From: Azolla caroliniana
Taxonomy: Eukaryota; Plantae; Polypodiophyta
Length of the DNA stretch: 64,000 nucleotides
Assembly (NCBI GenBank): GCA_043228905.1
Contig: JBHGNT010000001.1
Coordinates: 12,896,001-12,960,000 of the forward strand
Direction of reading: 5' to 3'
Shown here: positions 49,122 to 63,710 of the stretch, in pieces
Layout: every line of letters starts with the position of its first letter
Position numbering within the stretch: position 1 is the stretch's first letter
The notes under the pieces: generated by a model
What the model saw: the letters and a program-made list of their open reading frames with translations, nothing else
Databases searched by the model: none
Told to the model about the DNA's origin: nothing
Position numbers and translations under genes: made by a program

Positions 49122-52100
49122 TGTCGTGAAGAAAACCGTCCACAAGCGGAATCGGTGCACCGGAGCGTAGGAACCGGCTCTTCGTGCACATGCGCCTTAT
49201 GTTGTACATAGAAGCTCCTAGGTCGGTAGATTCGGTAGGTAGGGAAACGGCTCCTTCCTTACCTATAAAAGGAGGGAGACGAGGAGGGGCGAAGGGATCG
49301 CGGAGAGTCGAGGACGAAGTGTTGTCGCTTTGCGTGCGAAGGCTTCCCTCTCTCTCTCTGGTTCGCAAACTCCATAGCTTCCTTCTGTGCAGGTTTCGGG
49401 AGGCTCGCGCTGCTCTGAGGAATGCCGGAGTGCTTCCGGCAGCACCTCCAACCTGCTCCTGTCTTTCTGTGCGTTTACGAACAGGCATCGGCATCTGTTC
49501 GCCGGCCTGTTCGGCTGTAACCGACTTCGTGTTTTGTTGTCTTTGTGTTCTTGTTGTTTGTCTTTGTTAATACATACATACATTCGTGTCTTTCTGTGTC
49601 GCTGTCCCACTTGCGTCTTTGCGTCGAAGGGCCGTGTCCCTGTGGATCTACGCTCGCACGTAGAGGGTTTCTTCCCCTTCTTCTCTTGCTCTTCGATACA
49701 GGACCCCCGAGGTTCCGCCTCATTCCACGCATCCGTGAGGAATACCCCGACATCTTGGTGAACCCGACGTGAAGGAGGCGGCAGAAGAGCAGAAGATGAA
49801 AGGGTCGGATCTTGTAGAGGCCATGGCTTCGGCCGTAGATCGGATATTGAGTGCACACGAGGGCACCGGCGCCCTCGACAGAGCCATCGAGGCGGTCGTC
49901 GGTACGATCGGCCGGTTCAGCGGAAAGGATGCCACGAAGTATTTGGCGTCCTACGGGGCAGAAATGCTGATGCGGGACATTCCGGAAGAGAGGCGTCTTG
50001 CCGGGTTTCCTCGAGTGGCGATGCCGAGCATCCATGCGGAGGTGCTCGAGGTGCGGGCGGAGAGCCGTACCTGGGAGGAGTTCGAAGGCCGACTCCTAGA
50101 AAAATACGGGCTGGACGACGCGCTCCAGCTTTCGAAAAGGGACTTCATGGAATGGGTGGAGTTCCCCGGCAAGGGAAGAAACGCGACGGCACTCCTCCGG
50201 GAGTTCGAAGAACGCTTTGCACGCCTTTCGGCGCTTGACCGAACCGTTCTGGATACGAGCCGGGTCCTACTGTTCGTCAAGTCGGTGGATGAGCGGAACC
50301 GGGACCAAGTCGGCTCCTTGCTGGAAACCGAGGACGGGCTGACAACCGACTGGGCTGCGGTTAAGAGAGTCTGTGGCCGTTTCGATAAACGGCGAGTATG
50401 GGCTGACAACGGGGCGGCCGGTGCGGGCTCTGTCACAGCAAGGAGGCTTGAACCGGCACCGCAAGTGCGAAGGGAAGAGACCCGAGAATGGCTCGGGACC
50501 GGTCCGGCTTCGACCGGTATGGTCAGTGGCTCGTCCGGAGGAGCAGCGCTGGACGAGTTGACGCGGGCAATAAAGGATCTCCAGATCGCCCAGACTCAAA
50601 GGGAAGGCAGCGAACCGGCTCGTGACCGACGGCCGGCAGCAGGGAACAGGTGCATGTGGTGCGACGAGGTCGGCCACATCCGGAAGGACTGTGGCGATTT
50701 CGCAGAGGCGTTGAGGAACCGGGTGGTGTACCTGTGGGAAGGCCAGGTGCACGCCGACGACACCAGGAGGGCCCTGAACCGAAACGACGGGCGAGGAGGT
50801 ATGAAGAGACTGATGGAAGAGGCAGCGGCCTGACACGTAGAGGCCATCCACTACTCGGCGTCGGCCGGAATTCAGGTCGGGGGCAGCAAGGCCCGAACAG
50901 AGGGCAAAGACGGATTCTGGTCGGCGATGTTGGGAGGTCTTGCCGGCGCACGGCTAAGGAAAGATGAAATGGACCACGCTGAGAGACGGGTCCGGGAAAT
51001 AACCGGGTGGAGCGATCCGGTCGAGGAGAAGACGGGCTTCGTAGAAGCCGCCTGCCGGAACTACGAGGCTCTGGTAGAAGACAAGCGAGTGGGAAAAGCC
51101 GGAGCGGCCGGGCCCTCACAACGATACGAGACCCAATATGGGCAACGACGGAACGATGCCGGCGGGTCCAGCTCGCAAGATAACCCCAGGAAGGGCGGAT
51201 ACCGACTAGGGACGGAGATAGAAAGGACTACGGACCTACGAAAGGTCCTAGAGGAACGGATCCTCGACAGCAAAGTGGAGTTGTCATTGCGAGAGGTGTT
51301 AGGGATCGCCAAGAAGGAGTTCCACGACTCCATTGTAGACTTGGTGAAACGGAAGAGGCTGTCGACGGAGACGGAACCGGAAAGACTGGTAGAGGTGCGG
51401 ACGACGCACATCGACGACTCGGCGCTGGCAGATGAGTGGGCGGAGAGCCACTATTCGAGGCCACACTGGGCCCGAGCGACCACGGAGACCTCGGTAAAGA
51501 TCGGAGATGTTCAGGAACCGGTGGTGGCATTGGTGGACCACGGTTCGGAAATAAACCTGATGTCCATGGACTTCTATAAGAAGGGGAAGTGGCCGATCAA
51601 CACCAAGCACGGGTGGAAGATACGGGCGGCGACGCGCGCCACCGAGGAACTGCATGGGGCCTGCCCGAACGTGCGAGTCAAGATCGGCGACGTCGAGATT
51701 GACCAACACTTCTTCGTACAGGAGACGTCCTCGCACCCGGTCATATTAGGTGAACCATACATCACGGCGGCGCGGATGGAGACCAAAGTGCTGGACAACG
51801 GGTCGGCCTACGCGAGGGTCAAAAGCCAGGACAGGCGCCATTCGGTTCAATTTCTGACGGTGCGGCCGAACCACGAGAGAAACCGCGAATCCCTCGTGGC
51901 GAGAACCGGGAGGATTTTTAAAGAGGGCTGCCAAGGCGTGGGGTCGAGACAGCCTGGACACTCGGAAAGTACCCCACAACTGTACGATAAGTAGGAAATT
52001 CTGCTTCTCCAACAACGGAGGGAGTATGATAATCGGCATCGTCGGCCGAGAAAAGACAAGGGCGGAAGTGCGACTTCGAGCGTGCGGAGTTCTCGGCCCG

Positions 52101-55100
52101 GACGAGGAAATCAGCAGAGCCGTGGAGGCGGTCTCCTTCGACGACACCTTGGGAATGTTGGGGGAGGTAGCCGGAGAAGACCTTAATGAAGACCGGACGA
52201 TACCGGTATGTTCCGAAGAGATGTACGGAGTCATCGTGGACTTCAGTCTGGGGCTCGGGTCAGATCGGACAGCCCGAGTTAGCACGAAGTACAAGACTGT
52301 GGACCGGAAGGTAAGGCCAATCGCGGCACCCTTACCGGAGGGCAGCGAGTCTCGAATCAGAGGGGTTGCGTCGGATCCCAGTTTACGAGATCCGGCCTGC
52401 ATAGGACACACCTTCACCGACGGGACGCTCCGGGAGCTCAAAATCGGTGGGGGCGGGTTCCTACTGCTGGCGGAGGAAGACCGGTTTCGGAGAATGCTCG
52501 GACGGCACGGGAAAGCCTTCGCATTCTCGCCGGTAGAGATCGGGTGCGTAGACCCGACAATCGTGGAGCCGATGGTGATATTCACGGTACCGCATGTGCC
52601 GTGGAATCTCAAGCCGATTCCGGTACCAAGGGCTCACATCCCGAAGTTGATGGAGCTATTGAGGCAAAAAGTCAATATGGGCATTCTCGAACCGTCGAGT
52701 GCCCCATACTTGAACCGATGGTTTACCGTATCAAAGAAAAACGGAACAATGCGCTTCATTTAGGACCTGCAGCCGGTCAACAGAGTGACCATCCGGAACG
52801 CAGGAATCGGACCGACCATAGACGAGTTCGCGGAGGCCTTCGCTGGGAGGTCAATTTACCCGGTCGGTGATCTGTACTCGGGGTACGACCAATTCCAGCT
52901 AGCCGTGGAGAGTAGAGACATTACGACGATGCGAACTCCCCTCGGCCTAGTGCGAATGTGTACCTTGCCACAAGGAGGGACCAACTCGGTGGCCCACATG
53001 GTGAATGCAATGAACAAAGTACTGAGGGATTGCATCCCGGACATCACCATGCCGTTTCTAGACGAGATTCCTATCAAGGGGTGCCCGGTGGAAGAGAAGG
53101 ACGAGACACTCGGGCCGGATGGATGCCGGCGATTCGTGGCAACACACATCGACGACTGCGAGAAGGTGCTACAAAGGCTAGAGGATGCGAGGCTCACCTT
53201 CTCCGGGGAGAAATCGGCCTTTGGGCAATCGGAAATCCTGGTAGTCGGACACCTATGTGGGCCATATGGCCGGAAGCCGTCTTCGGCAAAGGTAGAAGCC
53301 ATCTCCGCGATGAAGACCGACTGTAGCTCGGTTACGGAAGTTCGGAGGTTCCTGGGGGCATGCACATTCTACCACATATGGATCCCGCATTTCGCCCACG
53401 TTGCGGAGCCGCTATACGGGTTGCTGAAGAAAGGGCGAAAATTCGAATGGCGAGACGAGCACACGGAGTCGGTCCGGAAGCTGAAGGAAGCTCTTGCGGC
53501 AGCGCCGGCGCTCCGGAAGGCTGTCTACGGGAAGGGTACCCCGGTATACATAACGGTGGATACGAGTCCGACCGGGATCGGATGGGTCGTCAACCAAGAA
53601 GACGAGGACGGCATTCGGTTCCCGATCCGATTCGGTGCGAAGGTCCTCAGTGAGCGACAGCGAGGGTACACCCAGGTTAAACGTGAACTCTGGGGTATCG
53701 TTTCGGCAGTAAAGGCCGACAAAGACTACCTGATCGGGATAGAAGTGATTATCGAGACGGATTGCCTGCCAATTCTCGGCATGGTTTCCGGATGCGCGAC
53801 ACCGGACCTGGCGATGCTCAAGTGGATAACGTACATCAAGTCCCTGGACCCGGAAATACGACACATTTCCGGAAAAGACAACGCCATGGCCGACATGCTT
53901 TCGAGGGCGAGGTTTGATGACGAGGGCGGCATGGTTTCGGAGGACGAAGAAGTCGGCGTGGACTTCTTCGAGGCGGCGTACGTGACGACCAACGGGGCGA
54001 GCACTCTGGCACTTAACGACTTCGACGAGAGCAAGTACGACGGCGAGTGGCTCCAGATCGGTGGATTTTTGAGGACAATGACGCCGGATGCGTCATGGAC
54101 GAAGGACAAGGCCAACCGGATCCGGAAGAAAGCTTACCGATTCTTTCTCCGGGACGGATACTTATGGAAGCACCCGAAGAAGAGGAACGACGTCCCGCTT
54201 CGGGTGGTGGCGATGAAGGGAGAACAGGAGGAGCTGCTAACGGCCTACCACGACAGCCCTTGGGCTGGACACCGTGGAACGTGGACCACGTTCGAGAAGA
54301 TAAAGGGGAAGTACTGGTGGCCGGGACTATACCGGGACGTGCATCGGTTCGTGACAACTTGCGAGAGCTGTCAGATGCACTCCATAGTCCGGCATCGGGA
54401 CGAGCTTCACCCTACGTACCCTCCGACCATCCACTTCAAATGGATGGTAGATCTGGTGACGATGCCGATGGGCGTAGGACAGATGCGGTATCTGGTCCTG
54501 GCTCGGGAAGATCTGACGAACCAGGTGGAAGGCCGAGCCCTTCAGAACAAAACGACCGCGGCCGTATGTTGGTTCCTGATTGAGGACGTGATATGCCGGT
54601 ATGGGTGCTTCGGGAAGATCGTGGCTGATCGCGGGGAGCTGGACGCCGAAGAGGCCGAGGAGCTGTTCGACCGGCTAGGAGTCAAGCTCTCGCTTACCAC
54701 TGCGTAAAATCCAGAGGCGAATGGAAAGGTGGAGCGCGGACACGGACCGATCGTCAAGGCGTTAGTTCGGGCATGCGGAGGTCAAGTCGGGAACTGGCCA
54801 CGGCTGCTGCCTTACGCATTGTGGGCTGACCGAACTACGCACAGTTCGGTAACCGGATTCATGCCGACAGAGCTCATGTTTGGGCAGAAGCCGATCATGC
54901 CGATGGAACGTACGATCTCCTCATGGGCAACCGTGGACTGGAGAGACGAGATGAGCTGGGAGGAACTGTTGACGGCGTGCATACGACAGCTCGAGCGAAG
55001 ACCGGAGGACGTGGAGTAGGCTGCGGAAAAGCTTCGGGTGGCCAGGACGAGGAGCAAAGCCCGGTTCGACCGGACGCACCGGCTCCGACCGAAGAAGGTC

Positions 55101-56078
55101 GAGGAAGGCGACTGGGTGCTAGTCTACGACAGCAGCCTCGACAACCAGCACCGAGCGACACGGAAGTTCGCAAGAAGGTGGTTCGGGTCTTACGTGGTAC
55201 AAAGCGCCAACGACAACGGGACGTACCATCTGGCGGAACTCGACGACACAAGAATGGCGATACCGGTAGCTGGGAAGCGGATCAAAGCGTTCAAGAAGCG
55301 ACCGGATTCGGTTAACCTGGACCGCGACGACGAACGATCCGAAACCGAGGAAGAACCGATGGGCGGAGAATGAAGGCTGGACCGGTTTTCTCCGTCCCAA
55401 CACAATTTGGCGCATGACCGGTGGATGCGCGGTTAGGTGGGGGTGGATGTCGTGAAGGAAACCGTCCACAAGCGGAATCGGTGCACCGGAGCGTAGGAAC
55501 CGGCTCTTCGTGCACATGCGCCTTATGTCGTACATAGAAGCTCCTAGGCCGGTAGATTCGGTAGGTAGGGAAACGGCTCCTTCCTTACCTATAAAAGGAG
55601 GGAGACAAGGAGGGGCGAAGGGATCGCGGAGAGTCGAGGACGAAGTGCTGTCGCTTTGCGTGCGAAGGCTTCCCTCTCTCTCTCTGGTTCGCAAACTCCA
55701 TAGCTTCCTTCTGTGCAGGTTTCGGGAGGCTCGCGCTGCTCTGAGGAATGCCGGAGTGCTTCCGGCAGCACTTCCAACCTGCTCCTGTCTTTCTGTGCGT
55801 TTACGAACAGGCATCGGCATCTGTTCGCCGGCCTGTTCGGCTGTAACCGACTTCGTGTTTTGTTGTCTTCGTGTTCTTGTTGTTTGTCTTTGTTAATACA
55901 TACATACATTCGTGTCTTTCTGTGTCGCTGTCCCACTTGCATCTTTGCGTCGAAGGGCCGTGTCCCTGTGGATCTACGCTCGCACGTAGAGGGTTTCTTC
56001 CCCTTCCTCTCTTGCTCTTCGGTACAGGACCCCCAAGGTTCCGCCTCATTCCACGCATCCGCGAGGAATACCCCGACA
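49122..56078 (+). mobile_element. Ty3/Gypsy retrotransposon E (A/B family), full length and uninterrupted
   Basis: 631-bp LTRs 49122-49752 and 55448-56078; flanks CTGG/CCGG; PBS 49756-49773; PPT 55431-55447. Confidence 0.97.
49796..55373 (+). pseudogene. Element E gag-PR and pol with stops and a 1-bp deletion
   Basis: ORF pieces 49769-50833, 50927-51994, 52026-52763, 52785-54707, 54729-55019, 55038-55373, all colinear with B. Confidence 0.93.
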
Positions 56079-56340
56079 CCGGTAGGAGATCTTTCTTTGC
56101 CAGCATCTACATCCCCTTTTGACTCATGTGGCATAGCCTCTTGTGCCAAAACTCGCCGGTTGTATCGGACACCATATTTACCTGGTCTCGGCATAGTCGT
56201 GCATGCAATACATGCAATGTATTTTACTTTTTGGTCCGAGCCACAATCAAGTTCACCTTGCAGAATTTCCAAATTCCGTTCTGGAAGCTACCTTTGTAGC
56301 CCTCATCGTCCAACCATTTGGTCGATATCAGATTTAGCCT

Positions 56341-56767
56341 TGTAAAAAGATACGTGCAGAAGACATAGTGTACACAATTAGTTATTTGGAAGTATAAGAA
56401 TTAGGTGAACACACAGTAAGGGTGAGAGACTAAGAGATTGAGTGGAGCAGACAACAAAAAACTATATTACCAAAATGTTTAGTACAAACAATAGTCCTCA
56501 AATGCACTTTATATATACAAGCCCATCTAATAGGGTTGTGTTGAGCGAGCAAGCTCAACGTGCAAACCAGCATGCGTTTGAGGCCTACGACCCTAGCCTA
56601 ATAGATAGGCATAAATTTGAGATTTAGTGTCTGTCGCTCAGTATGAGCATTGAAGTACTTGTCAGTACTTCTGTCAATCCTTTTAAGGACTTGTATAAAA
56701 GTGTTATTTGAGCATATTAGCATGTACAGAGTATTGAGTGTTATTTTTGAAATAGACATTATGTTCT

Positions 56768-56816
<49 letters not shown>

Positions 56817-59800
56817 CTAAGCTTTCCATTAAACCTTTGTTCTATTTATGTTGTTATCTGGCTCAGCCGGTTGTGTCTAAGAGCTTCCGCACGTAACTTG
56901 TTATATGGTATTAGAGCGTGAGGGTTGAGAATCCTTTATTGTCGACACAAAGAACTTTGACATACCAAAACCTAACTTCCGGTATCGAACAGAACGAGAG
57001 AAGAAAGAAATGGACAGAAGCATGCAAGCTTGCTTCCTAGAGAAAAGCTCGATCGGAGCAACTACGCATCTTAGTCGTACAAGATGCACCGGTATCTGTT
57101 GGGGCATGACTACGAGTTATGTAGAAGGAGGAAATGAAGTAGCGTCGGAGCTGGCACACAAGGACTTCCCGGTATGGGAACAAGCAGCGAGTAGAGTGTT
57201 GTATTGCTTCGCGTCTTGTGTGCACAATCAGATGCTCGGCCACATAAGAGATGTGAAAACTCTGAAGGAGGCATGGGAAAATCTGAAGAAGATTTTCGTC
57301 GCGATTACCACTGCCCGAAAGTTGTAGCTCCGGCAAGAGCTCAACAATATTTGGCAAAGGGATATGTCGGTTACAGATTACACCACCAAGATAAAGGAGA
57401 TTTGCGACGCGTTGGGATCCATCAATGTGACGATGGACGAAAATGAAATGGTGTAGATCTACCTAGGTGGTCTAGTGTGGAGGTACAGGCCAATCGAGAT
57501 GGTGATATGCACCCAGGAGAAGCCATTGTCCTTCTTTGACTTGCAATCGATGCTGATGGTCGAAGAAAACAATGCGAGTGGGTGTAGGACCACTCAATTA
57601 GACAACTAGATGTTGTACACTGAGGCGGATTGGCCCCGTGGATGTGGCAGATGAGGTGGATCGACACGCAATGGAGGCGGCCGACAAGAGCAGGAAAGGA
57701 GGCATAGAGGTGGTGCCGACAGCAGTTGCGAACCCTCCACAAGTAGGGGGGGTTAAGGTGGCGCCGGAAACCGGCAAGCAAAAGCCAACACGGAATGCTC
57801 GTACTATGGCAAGAAGGGCCACAATGAGGGCAAGTGTTGGAAGAAGCACGTTGATTCTGACAAATCCGGATCCGGCAAATCTGAACATGGAAATCAACAA
57901 CAGTTGCACTACGTTGAAGGATCGGAAGGATCTGGAACTAGAAAAACTGGAAAAGGGCCAACCTTCGGACTAAAATATGAGGCAAATTCGATGAAGAAGA
58001 CCATTTCACAATCAGATGAGGTGTGGTATGTTGACTCCAGAGCTTCAAATCACATGACGAGCCATGAAGAGTGGTTCTCGTATTTAGAGAAACCGGAGCA
58101 ACTGGGAGTGGTCAAAACCGGAGACGACACTCCACACCCAATCAAACAACGAAGTCCTGCTCAGCCATGTCAGACAGAAGGGGAGACTCATGATCGTGTT
58201 GCACGTCCTGACAATTACAAAGAACTTGGTGTCAGTCGGATAGATCGTCGACCAAAGAATGCAAGTTCGATTCACCCACCTCAGGTGCTTCATCGCGGAA
58301 GAGGGCCATATTATTGCGCAAGGGCGTCAGGAAGGGAGTATGTTCATCCTCAACACCAATGACATTGGCATTGCATTGTTTGTGAAGGGACAGAAAGTCG
58401 AGTCGGATATCGACTTATGGCACAAGCAGATTGGCCATGTCAACTATCAAAGGCTTCAAGATCTGCAGTCGAAACAAATAGTATTCGGCTTGCCAAAATT
58501 TAGTGGATAGAAGGCCCAAATTTGTGAAAGCAACACCGACTTCCATTCCCCAACAAGCGAAACCGGAGCCGGAACAAGCTTGACTTGATACATTCGGATG
58601 TATGGGGACTTGCGCAGAATGTGAGTCTTGGCGGGAGTCGATATTTCGTCTCCTTCATCAACGATTACAGTTGGCACACGTGGATCTACCTCATCGAAAA
58701 GAAGAGTGAAGTCTTCAACTGCTTCCGGAACCTGAAAAGCCTTGTCGAAAGAGAAATAGAGAGGAACATAAAGTGCCTACGGTCGGATGGTGGAAAAGAA
58801 TACTTTTCCGGCCAATTCAATTGTTATTCATAATAGATGGGAATTTGCTGCATATATACGCTGGAGCAAAACGATGTAGCCGAGAGGAAGAATTAGTCAA
58901 TTGTGGAGGTGGCAAGGGCAATGTTGGAGGAGAAGAGCATGCAAAAATTCTATTGGGCCGAAGCAGTATGAACCGTTGTGTACATCCAAAATCGGATTGG
59001 CAAAAAGGTGTCAGCACACGAGTTGTATTTTTGGCGAAGCCGAACTTGAGACACCTGAGGGTATTCGACAACATTGCTTATGTACATGTGCCAAATGAGA
59101 AGAGGAGGAAGCTAGACGCAAAGTTAGAGAAGTGTATATTGGTCGGCTACTAACGTGAGCAGAAGGGGTACAAGTGCTACAACCCCCGAACCAAGCAAGT
59201 ACGAGTGAGCCAAGATGTCGAATTCGATGAGTCGACATCTTGGTATTCCTTACCGACTCTGACCCCCGACAACTCTGACCACCCGATCACTAAAGATGAG
59301 GCTAGTGAACCCGAAATGATTTGGGAAGAAGAAGATATTGGCACTTTGGAAGAGAGTCTAATCTCATTCCGACTAAGCGGGCTGAATGAGAGATTGGGTC
59401 AGAACGACCAATCAGATGATGAGCTGGCGAGTGATGAAGACTCGACCATGTATTCCCCGCACAAGGAACCGAGGAGACGGTTCGCGCAGAAGGAAAAAGG
59501 GAAGAAGAAGATGTTGGAATACGGCACCGACAAGGAAGAGTCAGATCAGAGTGAATCCGACACCACAAAGAATGAAGACGGATCTTCGGAGATGAAGTCC
59601 AAGTCGGCCAAGAGGGCCTTAAAGTCGGCGAATCAAAAGCTACGCCAATCTACCAGCTAGAAGAACCTCGTGATGTGGTACGGGTACAACGAATATATGA
59701 TGCATCATTATGCGTACATGACAAAGGTGGAGGAAGTGCATGAGCTGGAGAGCTACGCAGAAGCAACGAAAGATGCGAATTGGCATGCCGCTATGGAAGA

Positions 59801-60218
59801 AGAAATGCGGGCACTCGATGCCAACGACACATGGGACCTAGTTGACCCTCCTCGACACTACAAATCAATCGGTTGCAAATGGGTGTATAAGGTAAAATAC
59901 AACGCCGACGGTTCGGTCAACCGGTACAAGTCCCGATTGGTACAGACCCATGAAATCGACTACGATGAGACCTTCGCACCGGTAGCGAAGATGATGACAG
60001 TCTGTGTGGTGTTGGCAGTCACAACAACGAGGGGGTGGCATCTCCACCAAATGGATGTGAAGAATGCGTTTCTTCAAGGAGACCTTGAAGAACAAGTGTA
60101 TATGTTATGCCCCCCCGGATTTCAATCAAAGGCGAATAAGTCGGCTGTGTGCCGACTCAAGAAGTCACTTTACGGCCTGAAGCAAGATCCCCGTGCTTGG
60201 AACTCGAAGATCACGGAC
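56341..60218 (+). mobile_element. Ty1/Copia H, degenerate, interrupted in RT by G
   Basis: LTR about 56341-56905; PBS TGGTATTAGAGC at 56906-56917; WYVDSRASNHMT, LWHKQIGH, IHSDVWG, QMDVKNAFLQGDL. Confidence 0.88.
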
Positions 60219-63200
60219 TGTTATTGCTAGGGCCGGACAATGGCCTAACACAGGGTGTCCCTTTGAGACACTTCACCAAAGGGGTGTTGCGGTGGTAAAG
60301 TTAGACCAACTATTAATGGAACCCTGATTGGTTACTAAATAGTGAGATCATTAGTCACAATACACGCGTAGGATAAATCACACTTAGCACAGAACGGTAA
60401 TTAACACTGATTAAAATACAGAACAACAACACTCCATTAATTCTCCACTAATGATTACAATCTAGCCGGGTCCTTTTATAGGTCTCTGACTTTAGGTACA
60501 AAACGGTGCCAACCGGTCCGGATCCGGATCGGCATACCGACTCCGGGTCCGTCCGTTCACTTCTCAAAATCATAATAATTCTATATTGTAACATTATAAC
60601 AAATCAGCTCCCGGTTATTAATTATCCCCCTTTTCCCATTCTGGACTTCCCTTGCCGGCCGACTAACACATGGCACGCCCATGGGATAGTACCTTGTACG
60701 TTGAATCCCGCTATCCGGCCTTCATTCATCCTCCAAAATGTCCAGAATGCTTTGATCTAAGGGTTCCAATGGTTCCTCGGGAAGCTGTTCTGTCGTCTGT
60801 TGCTGTTGTTTCCCCTCCTGCTGTTCCTGCGGCTATGGCTGCTGCTGGTTGACTTCCGTTGCCTGCGGCTCCGTCGGTCTGACCAACTCTGTCTCCATTT
60901 CCGGCTCGACTGGTCTTACTGGCTCTTCCTCCTTTTTCGGCTCAACCGGCCTTGGCGTCTCCTAGTTCTGTTATCCGACGTGCCTCGGTTCCTGCGGATG
61001 ACCTTCCTCTAGCGGCTCCTCCTGAGTACTTTCTGGTTGGCTTCCCCCGGCTTTAACCGACGTTTGCTTTGAAGATGGCTCCTTGTCACTTATGCTAATC
61101 ACTGTAGTTTTCTTGGCCACTTCTTGCCGTCGCCGTTCTCGTTCGTACTTCTCGAAATGGAGTTGGTTGTCCAACTGGTCATCATCTAGCTGTGCCACCA
61201 ACTGGTGTACTGTCACCCTCTGCTCATCAGCCAAGGATATGAAATCATCCGCCAGTTCCTCTTGTATTGCTTCAATGCTTTCTTTATCCAAGATGTAAAC
61301 TTTGTCGCTCTCTTTCCGCCGGTTTTCCACATCTGCCTGCACCGACTATAGCTATGCTGCCTGCTTAGCCCACTTCGACCGCCACTGTACTGAGCTTTCT
61401 TCCACCAATTGCTTCGTTCGATTCCTCCATGCTAGTACGATGTCCCGGATCCGCCCCAGCCCCATCTTCAACTTGTTTTCCGCGGCCTGTTTTTCGTCCT
61501 TCAATTGTTTGATCAGGCTTGCGGTTGCCACTTCTTGGCTTCTATAGTGCATGAGTTGGGTCTGATATGTTGTCTAAACTCAGTTCAGAGTCATTTTAGC
61601 ACGCTTCGTTTCCGCATGGTGCTATACTTGCAGGTCCAGTCACTGTTTCGTTGCTGCCACCAGTTGTTTCTCTACTTCGGCTCCCTTCGACTGCTCTTGC
61701 AACAATGCCACCGTCAACTGGTTAATTTCCTCCTGGAGTTCCTTGCACTTTACCTACTGCCGGTCATTTTCGGTAGTCAATTTCTTATGATCGGCATCCA
61801 AATGCTTATAATCCCGGTGCAGTCGGTCGACGTCGTTGGTTTTTTGTTTGCGCTTTTGATTGATAAGCCGGCGATCACGGTCCTCACGGTCTTTTTGTTG
61901 CCGGAGCTCAATTTCACTTCCGTAGTCCTCCGGAGTTTCTCTTTTTCTTGCAGGAGTTTGTCTTTCTCTTCTTTTAGCCGATCATACGCTTGATGATCTC
62001 TTCTCAAGCTTTCCTTTGCTCGGCGGAGGTTGTCGACCGTTCTCCTTTGTTCCTCCTCCGCCGCTTTTTTCAATTCTCATTCCTTGGCTCGCAAGGCTTC
62101 TTGTGCTGCTAGGTCCTCCCTTAGTGTGGTGAGCTCCTGTGCTGACGATTCATGAGTATTTGGGCCTGCCGCCGTCACCGGGGTTTGATCGTTCTGTTGA
62201 GTTACCAGGGCCACTGGTTTTGATTGTTGTGGTCCTTCTATGACCAAATTGGCCATTTCTATTATGGCCTTCTCTATGTCTTCTTCCACGCTCCAGATTC
62301 TTGACCGGGCCATCTCTAATTCCTCGGTTGTGGCTAGCAACTGGGCTTCCTGCGCTTTCTCTTCCGCTTCTAACTGGCAGACAACACCAGTCACTTGTTC
62401 TGCCACCCATCGGAGCCATCGACTGCCGGTGCCTTGTGGTCGTGCCGGTTCTGGTCGTGGGATGGCGTTTTCACTGGTCACGAGCCTACCATTGACGGTT
62501 ACGTCAAACGGCCGCTCTGGTTTTGGCTGTTGCTGTTGCGGCGGTGATGCCAACAATTCAATGACCGGTTCTTGATCCACCGGTACTACCGTGTCCTGGA
62601 CCGCTGGTTCCACGATGTCCTGCCGCAACACTTGCTCTGTCCCCAATTCTTGTTGAGCCAATTCTGCCGCCTTCCTCGGCTGTGGTTCCTCAAGGAGGGG
62701 TTCCCATATCCTGCCCTCCGTTAGCCTTAATGTCCCCCCTTTGTGGCCCTTTTCACTTGTCTGGCAATGCCGTAACAGCATCTCGGTCGGCTCGTCTTCC
62801 TACTGGTCTTCTTCCAGGGTCTCGTTGTTGATTAACGCCGCCAAGGGGTCCTGCCCCTACGTTTTCTCCGGTTGTTGTTCCGACATGCGCAACTTGATTT
62901 TCAATGGTTTCCCCGAGGTGTCCACCGATGCCTCCTTCTCTGCCAATCGCTTCCGATTAGGCCGTTCCTTCACTTGGGTAGCTAGGAGTTGCTGCCGTTT
63001 TGAAGCTGCTTTGGGGGTCGATTTTGTCGGTCTTCCCCTCTTTCTTTGTTTCATGAGCTCCATCGGTGGTGCTAACAAAGTGAGCCATTGCACGACTACT
63101 GTCCACATCTTTTTGCCATCTTTTATGGAGACGATGGCAACACTCAAGCCGTCGACAATCATTACCGACCAATCCACCTGTACTCCCTCATAGGTGGCAA

Positions 63201-63710
63201 TGATCAAACCGACTCTATTCCTAGGCATCGCCGGTGGTCGGAGGTATACATGGCCATACTCGTGGACTACCCGAGCAATTTCCCGAAATAAGAGGTCTCC
63301 ACCGCCTTGCGTGCGGTACGCCTTGCTGACCAGGGAGTATTCCCCAAAATACCTGGTTAGCAGATCCTGCGAAGGGTTGTCGATCGAGTAGATTCCCCCT
63401 TCTGGTAGGCCGGTCATGGCTCGGATGGCTTCCTCGGTGATGACCTCTGTGTCGATGTCTTTAACGACATTTTCCGCATCTCCGTGTAGCGGTGCTTCGA
63501 CTATTCGCAAGAATCCCTCTAGACCGTGTTGCTTCAGCCATTTCTTAGCCGCTTCTAAGAGTACCATGCATTCCATGTCGTCTTCAGAGTCGGTAGGTTG
63601 TGGTAAGATGGGTGCGCTTGCGTGGTCTGCGTGGTCTCGCCTGATCACTCGTAATCGCCTGTGGACGCCGAGATCTCTGTGTTCGCGAAATGAAAGGGAC
63701 TCTACGCGGT
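60219..63710 (-). mobile_element. Gypsy G, diverged relative of C (3' LTR and extra-ORF region)
   Basis: LTR 60219-60668 shares blocks with the C LTR; the adjacent TGGCACGCCC motif; eORF homology. Confidence 0.88.
60720..63710 (-). pseudogene. Degenerate homolog of the C extra ORF
   Basis: YFGEYSLVSKAYRTQGGG, YEGVQVDW, WLRWVAEQ, LDKESIEAIQEELADDF match the C eORF. Confidence 0.85.

Larger units (their letters stand above)
49064..56340 (-). pseudogene. Tork-like Copia fragment (PR to pre-integrase) split by E: 49064-49121 and 56079-56340
   Basis: RLNLIS..LDDEGY..FWHKRLCHMS..LLPV | ..VHLEKCADCLAG, colinear with D. Confidence 0.8.
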
